Of a stretch of 64,000 bases of DNA, positions 15,001-28,429 are shown one piece after another. The stretch is from contig CM102283.1 of assembly GCA_046563655.1 (NCBI GenBank), forward strand, positions 62,001 through 126,000, given 5' to 3'. Below the pieces are notes generated by a model, which saw only the letters and a program-made list of their open reading frames with translations, searched no databases and had not been told where the DNA came from. A program made the translations under genes and the position numbers. Origin of the DNA: Yuukianura sp. NJ FZ-2021. Its lineage: Eukaryota. How positions within the stretch are numbered: the first letter of the stretch is position 1; the number at the start of each line of letters is the position of its first letter.

Positions 15001-18000
15001 GAAAACTCCCCAAAAAGTCATTCTGAGCTATCTGAGAACTGAAAATTGCACTCCGATATTTTGCGTCGGAAAGCACATCTGAAGTGAACCAATCTCAATT
15101 TTTGTCCAAAAAATCAATTTTGTTCATTGAAAACTCCCCAAAAAGTCATTCTGAGCTATCTGAGAACTGAAAATTGCACTCCGATATTTTGCATCGGAAA
15201 GCCCATCTGAAGTGAACCAAGCTCAATTTTTGTCAAAAAATTCATTTTTTTCATTCAAAACTCCCCAAAAAGTCATTCTGAGCTATCTGAGAACTGAAAA
15301 TTGCACTCCGATATTTTGCTTCTGAAAGCCCATCTGAAGTCAACCAATCTCAATTTTTGTCCAAAAAATCAATTTTGTTCATTAATAACTCCCCAAAAAG
15401 TCATTCTGAGCTATCTGAGAACTGAAAATTGCACTCCGTAATTTTGCTTCTGAAAGCCCATCTGAAGTGAACCAAGCTCAATTTTTGTCAAAAAATCCAT
15501 TTTTTTTCATTGAAAACTCCCCAAAAAGTCATTCTGAGCTATCTGAGAACTGAAAATTGCACTCCGATATTTTGCTTCTGAAAGCCCATCTGAAGTCAAC
15601 CAATCTCAATTTTTGTCCAAAAAATCAATTTTGTTCATTGAAAACTCCCCAAAAAGTCATTCTGAGCTATCTGAGAACTGAAAATTGCACTCCGATATTT
15701 TGCGTCGGAAAGCACATCTGAAGTGAACCAATCTCAATTTTTGTCCAAAAAATCAATTTTGTTCATTAATAACTCCCCAAAAAGTCATTCTGAGCTATCT
15801 GAGAACTGAAAATTGCACTCCGATATTTTGCTTCGGAAAGCCCATATGAAGTGAACCAAGCTCAATTTTTGTCAAAAAATTCATTTTTTTTTCATTCAAA
15901 ACTCCCCAAAAAGTCATTCTGAGCTATCTGAGAACTGAAAATTGCACTCCGATATTTTGCTTCGGAAAGCCCATCTGAAGTGAACCAATCTCAATTTTTG
16001 TCAAAAAATCTATTTTTTTCATTGAAAACTCCCCAAAAAGTCATTCTGAGCTATCTGAGAACTGAAAATTGCACTCCGATATTTTGCTTCTGAAAGCCCA
16101 TCTGAAGTGAACCAAGCTCAATTTTTGTCAAAAAATTCATTTTTTTCATTCAAAACTCCCCAGAAAGTCATTCTGAGCTATCTGAGAACTGAAAATTGCA
16201 CTCCGATATTTTGCTTCTGAAAGCCCATCTGAAGTGAACCAATCTCACTTTTTGTCAAAAAATTCAATTTTTTTTCATTGAAAACTCCCCAAAAAGTCAT
16301 TCTGAGCTATCTGAGAACTGAAAATTGCACTCCGATATTTTGCATCGGAAAGCCCATCTGAAGTGAACCAAGCTCAATTTTTGTCAAAAAATTCATTTTT
16401 TTTCATTCAAAACTCCCCAAAAAGTCATTCTGAGCTATCTGAGAACTGAAAATTGCACTCCGATATTTTGCTTCTGAAAGCCCATCTGAAGTCAACCAAT
16501 CTCAATTTTTGTCCAAAAAATCAATTTTGTTCATTGAAAACTCCCCAAAAAGTCATTCTGAGCTATCTGAGAACTGAAAATTGCACTCCGATATTTTGCT
16601 TCTGAAAGCCCATCTGAAGTTAACGAATCTCAATTTTTGTCAAAAAAATCAATTTTGTTCATTGAAAACTCCCCAAAAAGTCATTCTGAGCTATCTGAGA
16701 ACTGAAAATTGCACTCCGATATTTTGCGTCGGAAAGCACATCTGAAGTGAACCAAGCTCAATTTTTGTCAAAAAAATCAATTTTGTTCATTGAAAACTCC
16801 CCAAAAAGTCATTCTGAGCTATCTGAGAACTGAAAATTGCACTCCGATATTTTGCTTCTGAAAGCCCATCTGAAGTGAACCAAGCTCAATTTTTGTCAAA
16901 AAATTCATTTTTTTCATTCAAAACTCCCCAAAAAGTCATTCTGAGCTATCTGAGAACTGAAAATTGCAATCCGATATTTTGCTTCTGAAAGCCCATCTGA
17001 AGTGTACAAAGCTCAAGTTTTCTAAAAAAAAAATCCATTTTCTTCATTAAAAACTCCCCAAAAAGTCATTCTGGGCTATCTGAAGAGTCAAAATTGCAAT
17101 CCGATATTTTGCTTCTGAAAGCCCATCTGAAGTGAACCAAGCTCAATTTTTGTCAAAAAATCCATTTTTTTCATTGAAAACTCCCCAAAAAGTCATTCTG
17201 AGCTATCTGAGAACTGAAAATTGCACTCCGATATTTTGCCTCGGAATGCCCATCTGAAGTGAACCAAGCTCAATTTTTGTCAAAAAATTCAATTTTTTTT
17301 CATTCAAAACTCCCCAAAATGTCATTCTGAGCTATCTGAGAACTGAAAATTGCACTCCGATATTTTGCTTCTGAAAGCCCATCTGAAGTGAACCAATCTC
17401 AATTTTTGTCCAAAAAATCAATTTTGTTCATTCAAAACTCCCCAAAAAGTCATTCTGAGCTATCTGAGAACTGAAAATTGCACTCCGATATTTTGCATCG
17501 GAAAGCCAATCTGAAGTGAACCAATCTCAATTTTTGTCAAAAAATTCACTTGTTTTCATTCAAAACTCCCCAAAAAGTCATTCTGAGCTATCTGAGAACT
17601 GAAAATTGCACTCCGATATTTTGCCTCGGAAAGCCCATCTGAAGTGAACTAAGTTCAATTTTTGTCCAAAAAATCAATTTTTTTCATTCAAAACTCCCCA
17701 AAAAGTCATTCTGAGCTATCTGAGATCTGAAAATTGCACTCCGATATTTTGCATCAGAAAGCCCATCTGAAGTGAACCAAGCTCAATTTTTGTCAAAAAA
17801 TTAATTTTTTTCATTCAAAACTCCTCAAAAAGTCATTCTGAGCTATCTGAGAACTGAAAATTGCACTCCGATATTTTGCTTCTGAAAGCCCATCTGAAGT
17901 GAACCAATCTCAATTTTTGTCAAAAAATCAATTTTGTTCATTGAAAACTCCCCAAAAAGTCATTCTGAGCTATCTGAGAACTGAAAATTGCACTCCGATA

Positions 18001-20688
18001 TTTTGCCTCGGAAAGCCCATCTGAAGTGAACTAAGCTCAATTTTTGTCCAAAAAATCAATTTTGTTCATTGAAAACTCCCCAAAAAGTCATTCTGAGCTA
18101 TCTGAGAACTGAAAATTGCACTCCGATATTTTGCCTCGGAAAGCACATCTGAAGTGAACCAAGCTCAATTTTTGTCAAAAAAATCAATTTTGTTCATTGA
18201 AAACTCCCCAAAAAGTCATTCTGAGCTATCTGAGAACTGAAAATTGCACTCCGATATTTTGCCTCGGAATGCCCATCTGAAGTGAACCAAGCTCAATTTT
18301 TGTCAAAAAATTCAATTTTTTTTCATTCAAAACTCCCCAAAATGTCATTCTGAGCTATCTGAGAACTGAAAATTGCACTCCGATATTTTGCTTCGGAAAG
18401 CCCATCTGAAGTGAACCAATCTCAATTTTTGTCCAAAAAATAAATTTTTTTCATTCAAAACTCCCCAAAAAGTCATTCTGAGCTATCTGAGAACTGAAAA
18501 TTGCACTCCGATATTTTGCTTCTGAAAGCCCATCTGAAGTCAACCAATCTCAATTTTTGTCCAAAAAATCAATTTTGTTCATTGAAAACTCCCCAAAAAG
18601 TCATTCTGAGCTATCTGAGAACTGAAAATTGCACTCCGATATTTTGCTTCGGAAAGCCCATCTGAAGTGAACCAATCTCAATTTTTGTCAAAAAATTCAT
18701 TTTTTTCATTCAAAACTCCCCAAAAAGTCATTCTGAGCTATCTGAGAACTGAAAATTGCACTCCGATATTTTGCGTCGGAAAGCCCATCTGAAGTGAACC
18801 AAGCTCAATTTTTGTCAAAAAATTCATTTTTTTCATTCAAAACTCCCCAAAAAGTCATTCTGAGCTATCTGAGAACTGAAAATTGCAATCCGATATTTTG
18901 CTTCTGAAAGCCCATCTGAAGTGAACCAAGCTCAATTTTTGTCAAAAAAATCAATTTTGTTCATTGAAAACTCCCCAAAAAGTCATTCTGAGCTATCTGA
19001 GAACTGAAAATTGCACTCCGATATTTTGCTTCTGAAAGCCCATCTGAAGTCAACCAATCTCAATTTTTGTCAAAAAATCCATTTTTTTCATTGAAAACTC
19101 CCCAAAAAGTCATTCTGAGCTATCTGAGAACTGAAAATTGCACTCCGATATTTTGCTTCTGAAAGCCCATCTGAAGTCAACCAATCTCAATTTTTGTCCA
19201 AAAAATCAATTTTGTTCATTGAAAACTCCCCAAAAAGTCATTCTGAGCTATCTGAGAACTGAAAATTGCACTCCGATATTTTGCATCGGAAAGCCCATCT
19301 GAAGTGAACCAAGCTCAATTTTTGTCAAAAAATTCATTTTTTTCATTCAAAACTCCCCAAAAAGTCATTCTGAGCTATCTGAGAACTGAAAATTGCACTC
19401 CGATATTTTGCCTCGGAAAGCCCATCTGAAGTGAACCAAGCTCAATTTTTGTCAAAAAAAATCAATTTTGTTCATTCAAAACTCCCCAAAAAGTCATTCT
19501 GAGCTATCTGAGAACTGAAAATTGCACTCCGATATTTTGCTTCTGAAAGCCCATCTGAAGTCAACCAATCTCAATTTTTGTCCAAAAAATCAATTTTGTT
19601 CATTGAAAACTCCCCAAAAAGTCATTCTGAGCTATCTGAGAACTGAAAATTGCACTCCGATATTTTGCATCGGAAAGCCCATCTGAAGTGAACCAAGCTC
19701 AATTTTTGTCAAAAAATTCATTTTTTTCATTCAAAACTCCCCAGAAAGTCATTCTGAGCTATCTGAGAACTGAAAATTGCACTCCGATATTTTGCTTCTG
19801 AAAGCCCATCTGAAGTGAACCAATCTCACTTTTTGTCAAAAAATTCATTTTTTTCATTCAAAACTCCCCAAAAAGTCATTCTGAGCTATCTGAGAACTGA
19901 AAATTGCACTCCGATATTTTGCGTCGGAAAGCACATCTGAAGTGAACCAATCTCAATTTTTGTCCAAAAAATCAATTTTGTTCATTGAAAACTCCCCAAA
20001 AAGTCATTCTGAGCTATCTGAGAACTGAAAATTGCACTCCGATATTTTGCTTCTGAAAGCCCATCTGAAGTCAACGAATCTCAATTTTTGTCCAAAAAAT
20101 CAATTTTGTTCATTGAAAACTCCCCAAAAAGTCATTCTGAGCTATCTGAGAACTGAAAATTGCACTCCGTAATTTTGCCTCTGAAAGCCCATCTGAAGTG
20201 AACCAAGCTCAATTTTTGTCAAAAAATTCATTTTTTTCATTCAAAACTCCCCAAAAAGTCATTCTGAGCTATCTGAGAACTGAAAATTGCACTCCGATAT
20301 TTTGCTTCTGAAAGCCCATCTGAAGTCAACGAATCTCAATTTTTGTCCAAAAAATCAATTTTGTTCATTGAAAACTCCCCAAAAAGTCATTCTGAGCTAT
20401 CTGAGAACTGAAAATTGCACTCCGATATTTTGCTTCTGAAAGCCCATCTGAAGTTAACGAATCTCAATTTTTGTCAAAAAAATCAATTTTGTTCATTGAA
20501 AACTCCCCAAAAAGTCATTCTGAGCTATCTGAGAACTGAAAATTGCACTCCGATATTTTGACTCGGAATGCCCATTTGAAGTCAACCAATCTCAATTTTT
20601 GTCCAAAAAATCAATTTTGTTTATTGAAAACTCCCCAAAAAGTCATTCTGAGCTATCCGAGAACTGAAAATTGCACTCCGATATTTTG
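1..20688. repeat. Satellite DNA array, 127-bp monomer (block 1; continues beyond window start)
   Basis: ctcccc anchor recurs at 4, 131, 258 (period 127). Left-end consensus: aaactccccaaaaagtcattctgagctatctgagaactaaaaattgcactccgatattttgcctcggaaagcacatctgaagtgaaccaagctcaatttttgtcaaaaaattcatttttttcattca. Confidence 0.99.
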
Positions 20689-22826
20689 CGTTTATTTATC
20701 CCATACCAGATAGGTTTTTCAAAACAAACGTTGTGAAGAATTAACTTAGAATACAATTAAGTTCTTAGCCTTAAGTGGATTGAAATTGAAATATTTGCAA
20801 TTGTGTAGGGAATTTTTGTATAGAATAGTTAAGAATGAAGTTGTTACTAAAAAATTGAAATGATTAAAATACTTAAAGTAAAGGTTGAAATGAAATTGAC
20901 ACTAAATGAATTTTTTCTTCGGAATTGCATCTTTCTCTTTGGCTTGGACTTCCTTTTCTTGGGTTGATAGAAGGTGTTCACGGAGTGCTTTTTTGAATTT
21001 GTTTCTGAGTGTGACATCTGCAATCTCCTCAGGTAAACGAAACCATAGTTTTGACGCCCTGGATTTGAATGAACGAGGGTGCAGGATTTTGGAATATGCT
21101 CCGGACCGAGTTGTGACTGTACCTCCTGCATTTTGACGAAAATATTCGATGAAGTATGGGGGGCACTGAGATCGTTGAATGTCATATGCCAGCATGAGTG
21201 CTTTGAATTCGTGTAGTTGATTTGGGAAAAGCCATTTCAGTTCTTTAGTCGTTTGAGAGTGAAAATTGACTTGTTCCGATATTTCTTCTTTTTGAGTGTG
21301 AAGCGGCTGAAGCGCTTCGGATTACTTTTTGTCGAAATTCTTCAATGATTTTTTATTCAAGTTCCCCAAAGTCATTCAGACATGTAAGAAATTTTCGAAA
21401 GTACGTAAGACATCATTAGTACTCTACGATTTTGCATCGAAAGTATATCCTGCATTGGGTATAAAGAGACAATCACATGGAAGCATTTTCTGTAAGTAGC
21501 ACTTATGTGATTATCCCAACTGAGTCCGTCATCTATGATGAGTCCCATGCTGGTGATGGAATCTTTAGTTTTCAAAATTACATTTTCGATTGAGAATTCC
21601 AAGCCATCCGCAAATTTTTTGATGTTTGGTTTTGCGACGATCATGATGCTGGTTTTTTCTGGGTGTAATGTAAATTTGTTTTTTGACATCCATTCCGCGA
21701 TGAATGATGAGCAGGTCTCCACTTTTCGTTTAAAAAATCATTGATGTTGTGGGGATCCCATTAACAACTAATGTCATTGTCATCTGCGAAAAAGGGCAAG
21801 AAATTCTTCCGAACTTTTCATAAAATTCTACCAGAAGATCGTTGATCATTAGTGCGAACAATATGGGGGACAGAATTCCTCCTTGCGGTGTACCTCTTGT
21901 AGTGAAACGTATTCTGGATGCGTTACCGTTGGATGATACAAACTGTCCACGTTCACTAAGGTAAGATTTAAACCACTCTGACGGAATCTCATACCATTTC
22001 AGCTTTTCCAATAGAATTTCTCGATCTACGGTGTCAAATGCTTTTCGCAGATCTAAAGCTATCACAGCGCTGATTTTATTTGATTGGAAGTTGGAATAGA
22101 GGTGATCGGTTAGGGCTATTTGGGCATGCGTAGTTGAGTGACCTTCACGGAATCCAAATTGATTGCAGTGAATAATGTTGTTTCTTTTGACGTGTTTTGT
22201 TAGTTTTTGAAAGATAATTCGTTCCATTATCTTCGAAAATACTGGCAAGATCGAGATGGGTCTGAGATCGTTAGGTGAGGTGGGGGTGTTGCACTTTGGA
22301 ATTGGGATCACTTTTGCTAACTTGAGACAGATCGGGATTTGTGACTCGCTAAAACTAGAGTTGATGACATCTGAAATACTTTCACTGAAATTTGGAGCGT
22401 AAATGCACAAGTCAATCATTTTTGGGGCGATTCCGGTTGCGTCTTCGGTTTTTGATTCTTTTTTCTTCATAATTTTCCAGGCTTCTCTAACTTCGTGTGC
22501 ATCAGTGCTTAATTCCAGTTTTTGGTATTTTGGAAGATTGCTTGGTTTTTGAACAATAACTTCACCTTCGTGTATCTTGGAACTAATTTCAATGAGAAAA
22601 TCGTTTATTTTGTTTGCTTCTAAGTCGAGTTTGAGGGAGGTCTTTTTCTTGAATGTGCAGAAATTTTGTACTGTCTGGTGTATTCCTGCCTTTGCTATCG
22701 TTGCATTGAATGTGTTCAATTTGTGTCACAATTGATTGCATATCGTAATTGCTTCTTCATTTCTTTTAGTTGAAGGATTACCTGATTCTGTCTTTATTTT
22801 TGCACTGAGAAGTTTCTTTCGATGGT
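20689..22826 (-). mobile_element. Non-LTR retrotransposon (CR1-group LINE, L2/Crack/Daphne/Kiri-like), 5'-truncated, copy 1
   Basis: Broken ORF2 (ORFs 21730-22719, 21372-21722, 20902-21195) with RT motifs LRPISILPVFSKIMERII, QFGFREGHST, DLRKAFDTVD, GTPQGGILSPILF. No endonuclease domain; the (TAA)n tail is absent in this copy. Clade assignment is from motif style only. Confidence 0.93.
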
Positions 22827-23960
22827 ATTGCACTCCGATATTTTGCTTCTGAAAGCCCATCTGAAGTCAACCGATCTCAATTTTTGTCCAAAAAATCAAT
22901 TTTGTTCATTGAAAACTCCCCAAAAAGTCATTCTGAGCTATCTGAGAACTGAAAATTGCACTCCGATATTTTGACTCGGAAAGCCCATCTGAAGTCAACC
23001 AATCTCAATTTTTGTCCAAAAAATCAATTTTGTTCATTGAAAACTCCCCAAAAAGTCATTCTGAGCTATCTGAGAACTGAAAATTGCACTCCGATATTTT
23101 GCGTCGGAAAGCACATCTGAAGTGAACCAAGCTCAATTTTTGTCAAAAAATTCATTTTTTTCATTCAAAACTCCCCACAAAGTCATTCTGAGCTATCTGA
23201 GAACTGAAAATTGCACTCCGATATTTTGCTTCTGAAAGCCCATCTGAAGTGAACCAAGCTCAATTTTTGTCAAAAAATTCATTTTTTTTCATTCAAAACT
23301 CCCCAAAAAGTCATTCTGAGCTATCTGAGAACTGAAAATTGCACTCCGATATTTTGCCTCGGAAAGCCCATCTGAAGTGAACCAAGCTCAATTTTTGTCA
23401 AAAAATTCAATTTTTTCATTCAAAACTCCCCAAAAAGTCATTCTGAGCTATCTGAGAACTGAAAATTGCACTCCGATATTTTGCTTCGGAAAGCCCATCT
23501 GAAGTGAACCAAGCTCAATTTTTGTCAAAAAATCCATTTTTTTCATTCAAAACTCCCCAAAAAGTCATTCTGAGCTATCTGAGAACTGAAAATTGCACTC
23601 CGATATTTTGCCTCGGAAAGCCCATCTGAAGTGAACCAAGCTCAATTTTTGTCAAAAAATTCATTTTTTTCATTCAAAACTCCCCAAAAAGTCATTCTGA
23701 GCTATCTGAGAACTGAAAATTGCACTCCGATATTTTGCGTCGGAAAGCACATCTGAAGTGAACCAAGCTCAATTTTTGTCAAAAAATCCATTTTTTTCAT
23801 TCAAAACTCCCCAAAAAGACATTCTGAGCTATCTGAGAACTGAAAATTGCACTCCGATATTTTGCCTCGGAAAGCCCATCTGAAGTCAACCAATCTCAAT
23901 TTTTGTCCAAAAAATCAATTTTGTTCATTGAAAACTCCCCAAAAAGTCATTCTGAGCTAT
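22827..23960. repeat. 127-bp satellite (block 2, about 9 monomers)
   Basis: Same monomer resumes at attgcactccg (22827) and runs to ...tctgagctat (23960). Confidence 0.98.
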
Positions 23961-26098
23961 TATTATTATTATTATTATTATTTCGTTTATTTATCCCATT
24001 CCAGATAGGTTTTTCAAAACAAACGTTGTGAAGAATTAACTTAGAATACAATTAAGTTCTTAGCCTTAAGTGGATTGAAATTGAAATATTTGCAATTGTG
24101 TAGGGAATTTTTGTATAGAATAGTTAAGAATGAAGTTGTTACTAAAAAATTGAAATGATTAAAATACTTAAAGTAAAAGGTTGAAATGAAATTGACACTA
24201 AATGAATTTTTTCTTCGGAATTGCATCTTTCTCTTTGGCTTGGACTTCCTTTTCTTGGGTTGATAGAAGGTGTTCACGGAGTGCTTTTTTGAATTTGTTT
24301 CTGAGTGTGACATCTGCAATCTCCTCAGGTAAACGAAACCATAGTTTTGACGCCCTGGATTTGAATGAACGAGGGTGCAGGATTTTGGAATATGCTCCGG
24401 ACCGAGTTGTGACTGTACCTCCTGCATTTGACGAAAATATTCGATGAAGTATGGGGGGCACTGAGATCGTTGAATGTCATATGCCAGCATGAGTGCTTTG
24501 AATTCGTGTAGTTGATTTGGGAAAAGCCATTTCAGTTCTTTAGTCGTTTGGAGTTTGACTTGTTCGAATTTCTTCTTTTTGAGTGTGAAGCGGCTAGCGC
24601 TTCGGATTACTTTTTCGAAATTCTTCAATGATTTTTTTTTAGAAGTTCCCCAAATTTCAGACATGTAAGAAATTTTCGAAAGTACGTAAGACATCATTAG
24701 TACTCTACGATTTTGCATCGAAAGTATATCCTGCATTGGGTATAAAGAGACAATCACATGGAAGCATTTTCTGTAAGTAGCACTTATGTGATTATCCCAA
24801 CTGAGTCCGTCATCTATGATGAGTCCCATGCTGGTGATGGAATCTTTAGTTTTCAAAATTACATTTTCGATTGAGAATTCCAAGCCATCCGCAAATTTTT
24901 TGATGTTTGGTTTTGCGACGATCATGATGCTGGTTTTTTCTGGGTGTAATGTAAATTTGTTTTTTGACATCCATTCCGCGATGAATGATGAGCAGGTCTC
25001 CACTTTTCGTTTAAAATCATTGATGTTGTGGGGATCCCCTTTAACAACTAATGTATTGTCATCTGCGAAAAGGGCAAGAAATTCTTCGAACTTTTCATAA
25101 AATTCTACCAGAAGATCGTTGATCATTAGTGCGAACAATATGGGGGACAGAATTCCTCCTTGCGGTGTACCTCTTGTAGTGAAACGTATTCTGGATGCGT
25201 TACCGTTGGATGATACAAACTGTCCACGTTCACTAAGGTAAGATTTAAACCACTCTGACGGAATTCATACCATTTCAGCTTTTCCAATAGAATTTCTCGA
25301 TCTACGGTGTCAAATGCTTTTCGCAGATCTAAAGCTATCACAGCGCTGATTTTATTTGATTGGAAGTTGGAATAGAGGTGATCAGTTAGGGCTATTTGGG
25401 CATGCGTAGTTGAGTGACCTTCACGGAATCCAAATTGATTGCAGTGGATAATGTTGTTTCTTTTGACGTGTTTTGTTAGTTTTGAAAGACAATTCGTTCC
25501 ATTATCTTCGAAAATACTGGCAAGATCGAGATGGGTCTGAGATCGTTAGGTGAGGTGGGGGTGTTGCACTTTGGAATTGGGATCACTTTTGCTAACTTGA
25601 GACAGATCGGGATTTGTGACTCGCTAAAACTAGAGTTGATGACATCTGAAATACTTTCACTCGAAATTTGGAGCGTAAATGCACAAGTCAATCATTTTTG
25701 GGGGCGATTCCGGTTGCGTCTTCGGTTTTTGATTCAAAAAATTCTTCATAATTTTCCAGGCTTCTCTAACTTCGTGTGCATCAGTGCTTAATTCCAGTTT
25801 TTGGTATTTTGGAAGATTGCTTGGTTTTTGAACAATAACTTCACCTTCGTGTATCTTGGAACTAATTTCAATGAGAAAATCGTTTATTTTGTTTGCTTCT
25901 AAGTCGAGTTTGAGGGAGGTCTTTTTCTTGAATGTGCAGAAATTTTGTACTGTCTGGTGTATTCCTGCCTTTGCTATCGTTGCATTAAATGTGTTCTTTG
26001 TGTCACAATTGATTGCATATCGTAATTGCTTCTTCATTTCTTTTAGTTGAAGGATTACCTGATCTGTCTTTATTTTTGCACTGAGAAGTTTCTTTCGA
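23961..26098 (-). mobile_element. CR1-group LINE, 5'-truncated, copy 2, with (TAA)n tail
   Basis: Near-identical to copy 1. RT catalytic motif LFADD in ORF 24041-25138; ORF2 ends KKKFI* at 24198; 3' UTR about 215 bp; (TAT)8 run at 23958-23982 reads as a (TAA)n tail on the minus strand. Confidence 0.95.
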
Positions 26099-27976
26099 AA
26101 ATTGCACTCCGATATTTTGCTTCTGAAAGCCCATCTGAAGCCAACCGATCTCAATTTTTGTCCAAAAAATCAATTTTGTTCATTAATAACTCCCCAAAAA
26201 GTCATTCTGAGCTACCTGAGAACTGAAAATTGCACTCCGATATTTTGCTTCTGAAAACCCATCTGAAGTCAACCAATCTCAATGTTTGTCCAAAAAATCA
26301 ATTTTGTTCATTGAAAACTCCCCAAAAAGTCATTCTGAGCTATCTGAGAACTGAAAATTGCACTCCGATATTTTGCCTCGGAAAGCCCATCTGAAGTGAA
26401 CCAAGCTCAATTTTTGTCAAAAAATTCATTTTTTTCATTCAAAACTCCCCAAAAAGTCATTCTGAGCTATCTGAGAACTGAAAATTGCACTCCGATATTT
26501 TGCTTCTGAAAGCCCATCTGAAGTGAACCAAGCTCAATTTTTGTCAAAAAATCCATTTTTTTTCATTCAAAACTCCCCAAAAAGTCATTCTGAGCTATCT
26601 GAGAACTGAAAATTGCACTCCGATATTTTGCTTCTGAAAGCCCATCTGAAGTAAACCAAGCTCAATTTTTGTCAAAAAATTCATTTTTTTCATTCAAAAC
26701 TCCCCAAAAAGTCATTCTGAGCTATCTGAGAACTGAAAATTGCACTCCGATATTTTGCTTCTGAAAGCCCATCTGAAGTCAACCAATCTCAATTTTTGTC
26801 CAAAAAATCAATTTTGTTCATTGAAAACTCCCCAAAAAGTCATTCTGAGCTATCTGAGAACTGAAAATTGCACTCCGATATTTTGCCTCGGAAAGCCCAT
26901 CTGAAGTAAACCTAGCTCAATTTTTGTCAAAAAATTCATTTTTTTCATTCAAAACTCCCCAAAAAGTCATTCTGAGCTATCTGAGAACTGAAAATTGCAC
27001 TCCGATATTTTGCTTCTGAAAGCCCATCTGAAGTCAACGAATCTCAATTTTTGTCCAAAAAATCAATTTTGTTCATTGAAAACTCCCCAAAAAGTCATTC
27101 TGAGCTATCTGAGAACTGAAAATTGCACTCCGATATTTTGCTTCTGAAAGCCCATCTGAAGTCAACGAATCTCAATTTTTGTCCAAAAAATCAATTTTGT
27201 TCATTGAAAACTCCCCAAAAAGTCATTCTGAGCTATCTGAGAACTGAAAATTGCACTCCGATATTTTGCTTCTGAAAGCCCATCTGAAGTCAACCAATCT
27301 CAATTTTTGTCCAAAAAATCAATTTTGTTCATTGAAAACTCCCCAAAAAGTCATTCTGAGCTATCTGAGAACTGAAAATTGCACTCCGATATTTTGCTTC
27401 TGAAAGCCCATCTGAAGTCAACCAATCTCAATTTTTGTCCAAAAAATCAATTTTGTTCATTGAAAACTCCCCAAAAAGTCATTCTGAGCTATCTGAGAAC
27501 TGAAAATTGCACTCCGATATTTTGCTTCTGAAAGCCCATCTGAAGTCAACCAATCTCAATTTTTGTCCAAAAAATCAATTTTGTTCATTGAAAACTCCCC
27601 AAAAAGTCATTCTGAGCTATCTGAGAACTGAAAATTGCACTCCGATATTTTGCTTCTGAAAGCCCATCTGAAGTCAACCAATCTCAATTTTTGTCCAAAA
27701 AATCAATTTTGTTCATTGAAAACTCCCCAAAAAGTCATTCTGAGCTATCTGAGAACTGAAAATTGCACTCCGATATTTTGCTTCTGAAAGCCCATCTGAA
27801 GTTAACGAATCTCAATTTTTGTCAAAAAAATCAATTTTGTTCATTGAAAACTCCCCAAAAAGTCATTCTGAGCTATCTGAGAACTGAAAATTGCACTCCG
27901 ATATTTTGCTTCTGAAAGCCCATCTGAAGTCAACCGATCTCAATTTTTGTCCAAAAAATCAATTTTGTTCATTAAT
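26099..27976. repeat. 127-bp satellite (block 3)
   Basis: Monomer repeats between LINE copy 2 and the SINE. Confidence 0.98.
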
Positions 27977-28429
27977 TTTTTTGGAGAGTTAATTGACATT
28001 AGCATTCAGCTTTATCAACAGGGGTAGGGAATTTCTGGGTTGGGTTGAGGTCCTATGAGGTGGGGCGGTGGTACAGTCAGATAGTTGGCGAGAAGTTCTG
28101 AGGGAAGGACGAAAGGCTTTCTGCTAGAGCTGAACGGGCTAGGGCACTACGATATATCACAGCTCCAGGCAAGTGACAGGAACAGCATCGTAAGTCATAC
28201 CGGCCTCACGACCCCTCCAAAACAGCAACTACTGACCTCTTCACACGCACCCATAACCCCCCAAACTGACCTATCATCCGAACACCCCATCTGGGCTAGG
28301 AAAGTGGAAAAACCATTTCTGGAAAACGACTTTCGTGTCGGCGACGCCGGGACTCGAACCCGCGCCCGTCCAAGGTGTTAGTAGGATAGAGCCGGAGCTC
28401 TAGTCCCCCCGGCCTACGGGCCTTGGACT
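27977..28429 (-). mobile_element. tRNA-derived SINE (about 453 bp) with 15-bp target-site duplication
   Basis: TSD attttgttcattaat at 27962-27976 and 28430-28444. Minus-strand head has a Pol III B box GGTTCGAGTCC (28360-28350) and an A-box-like TAGGCCGGGGGG; short oligo(A) at the 3' end; GC-rich against the flanks. Confidence 0.9.

Noticed and set aside
28085-28381. 98-aa ORF, or a functional tRNA gene
   Set aside because: The ORF is antisense within the SINE with a TTG start and no motifs; the head has a B box but I could not build a full cloverleaf, and it is flanked by a TSD.
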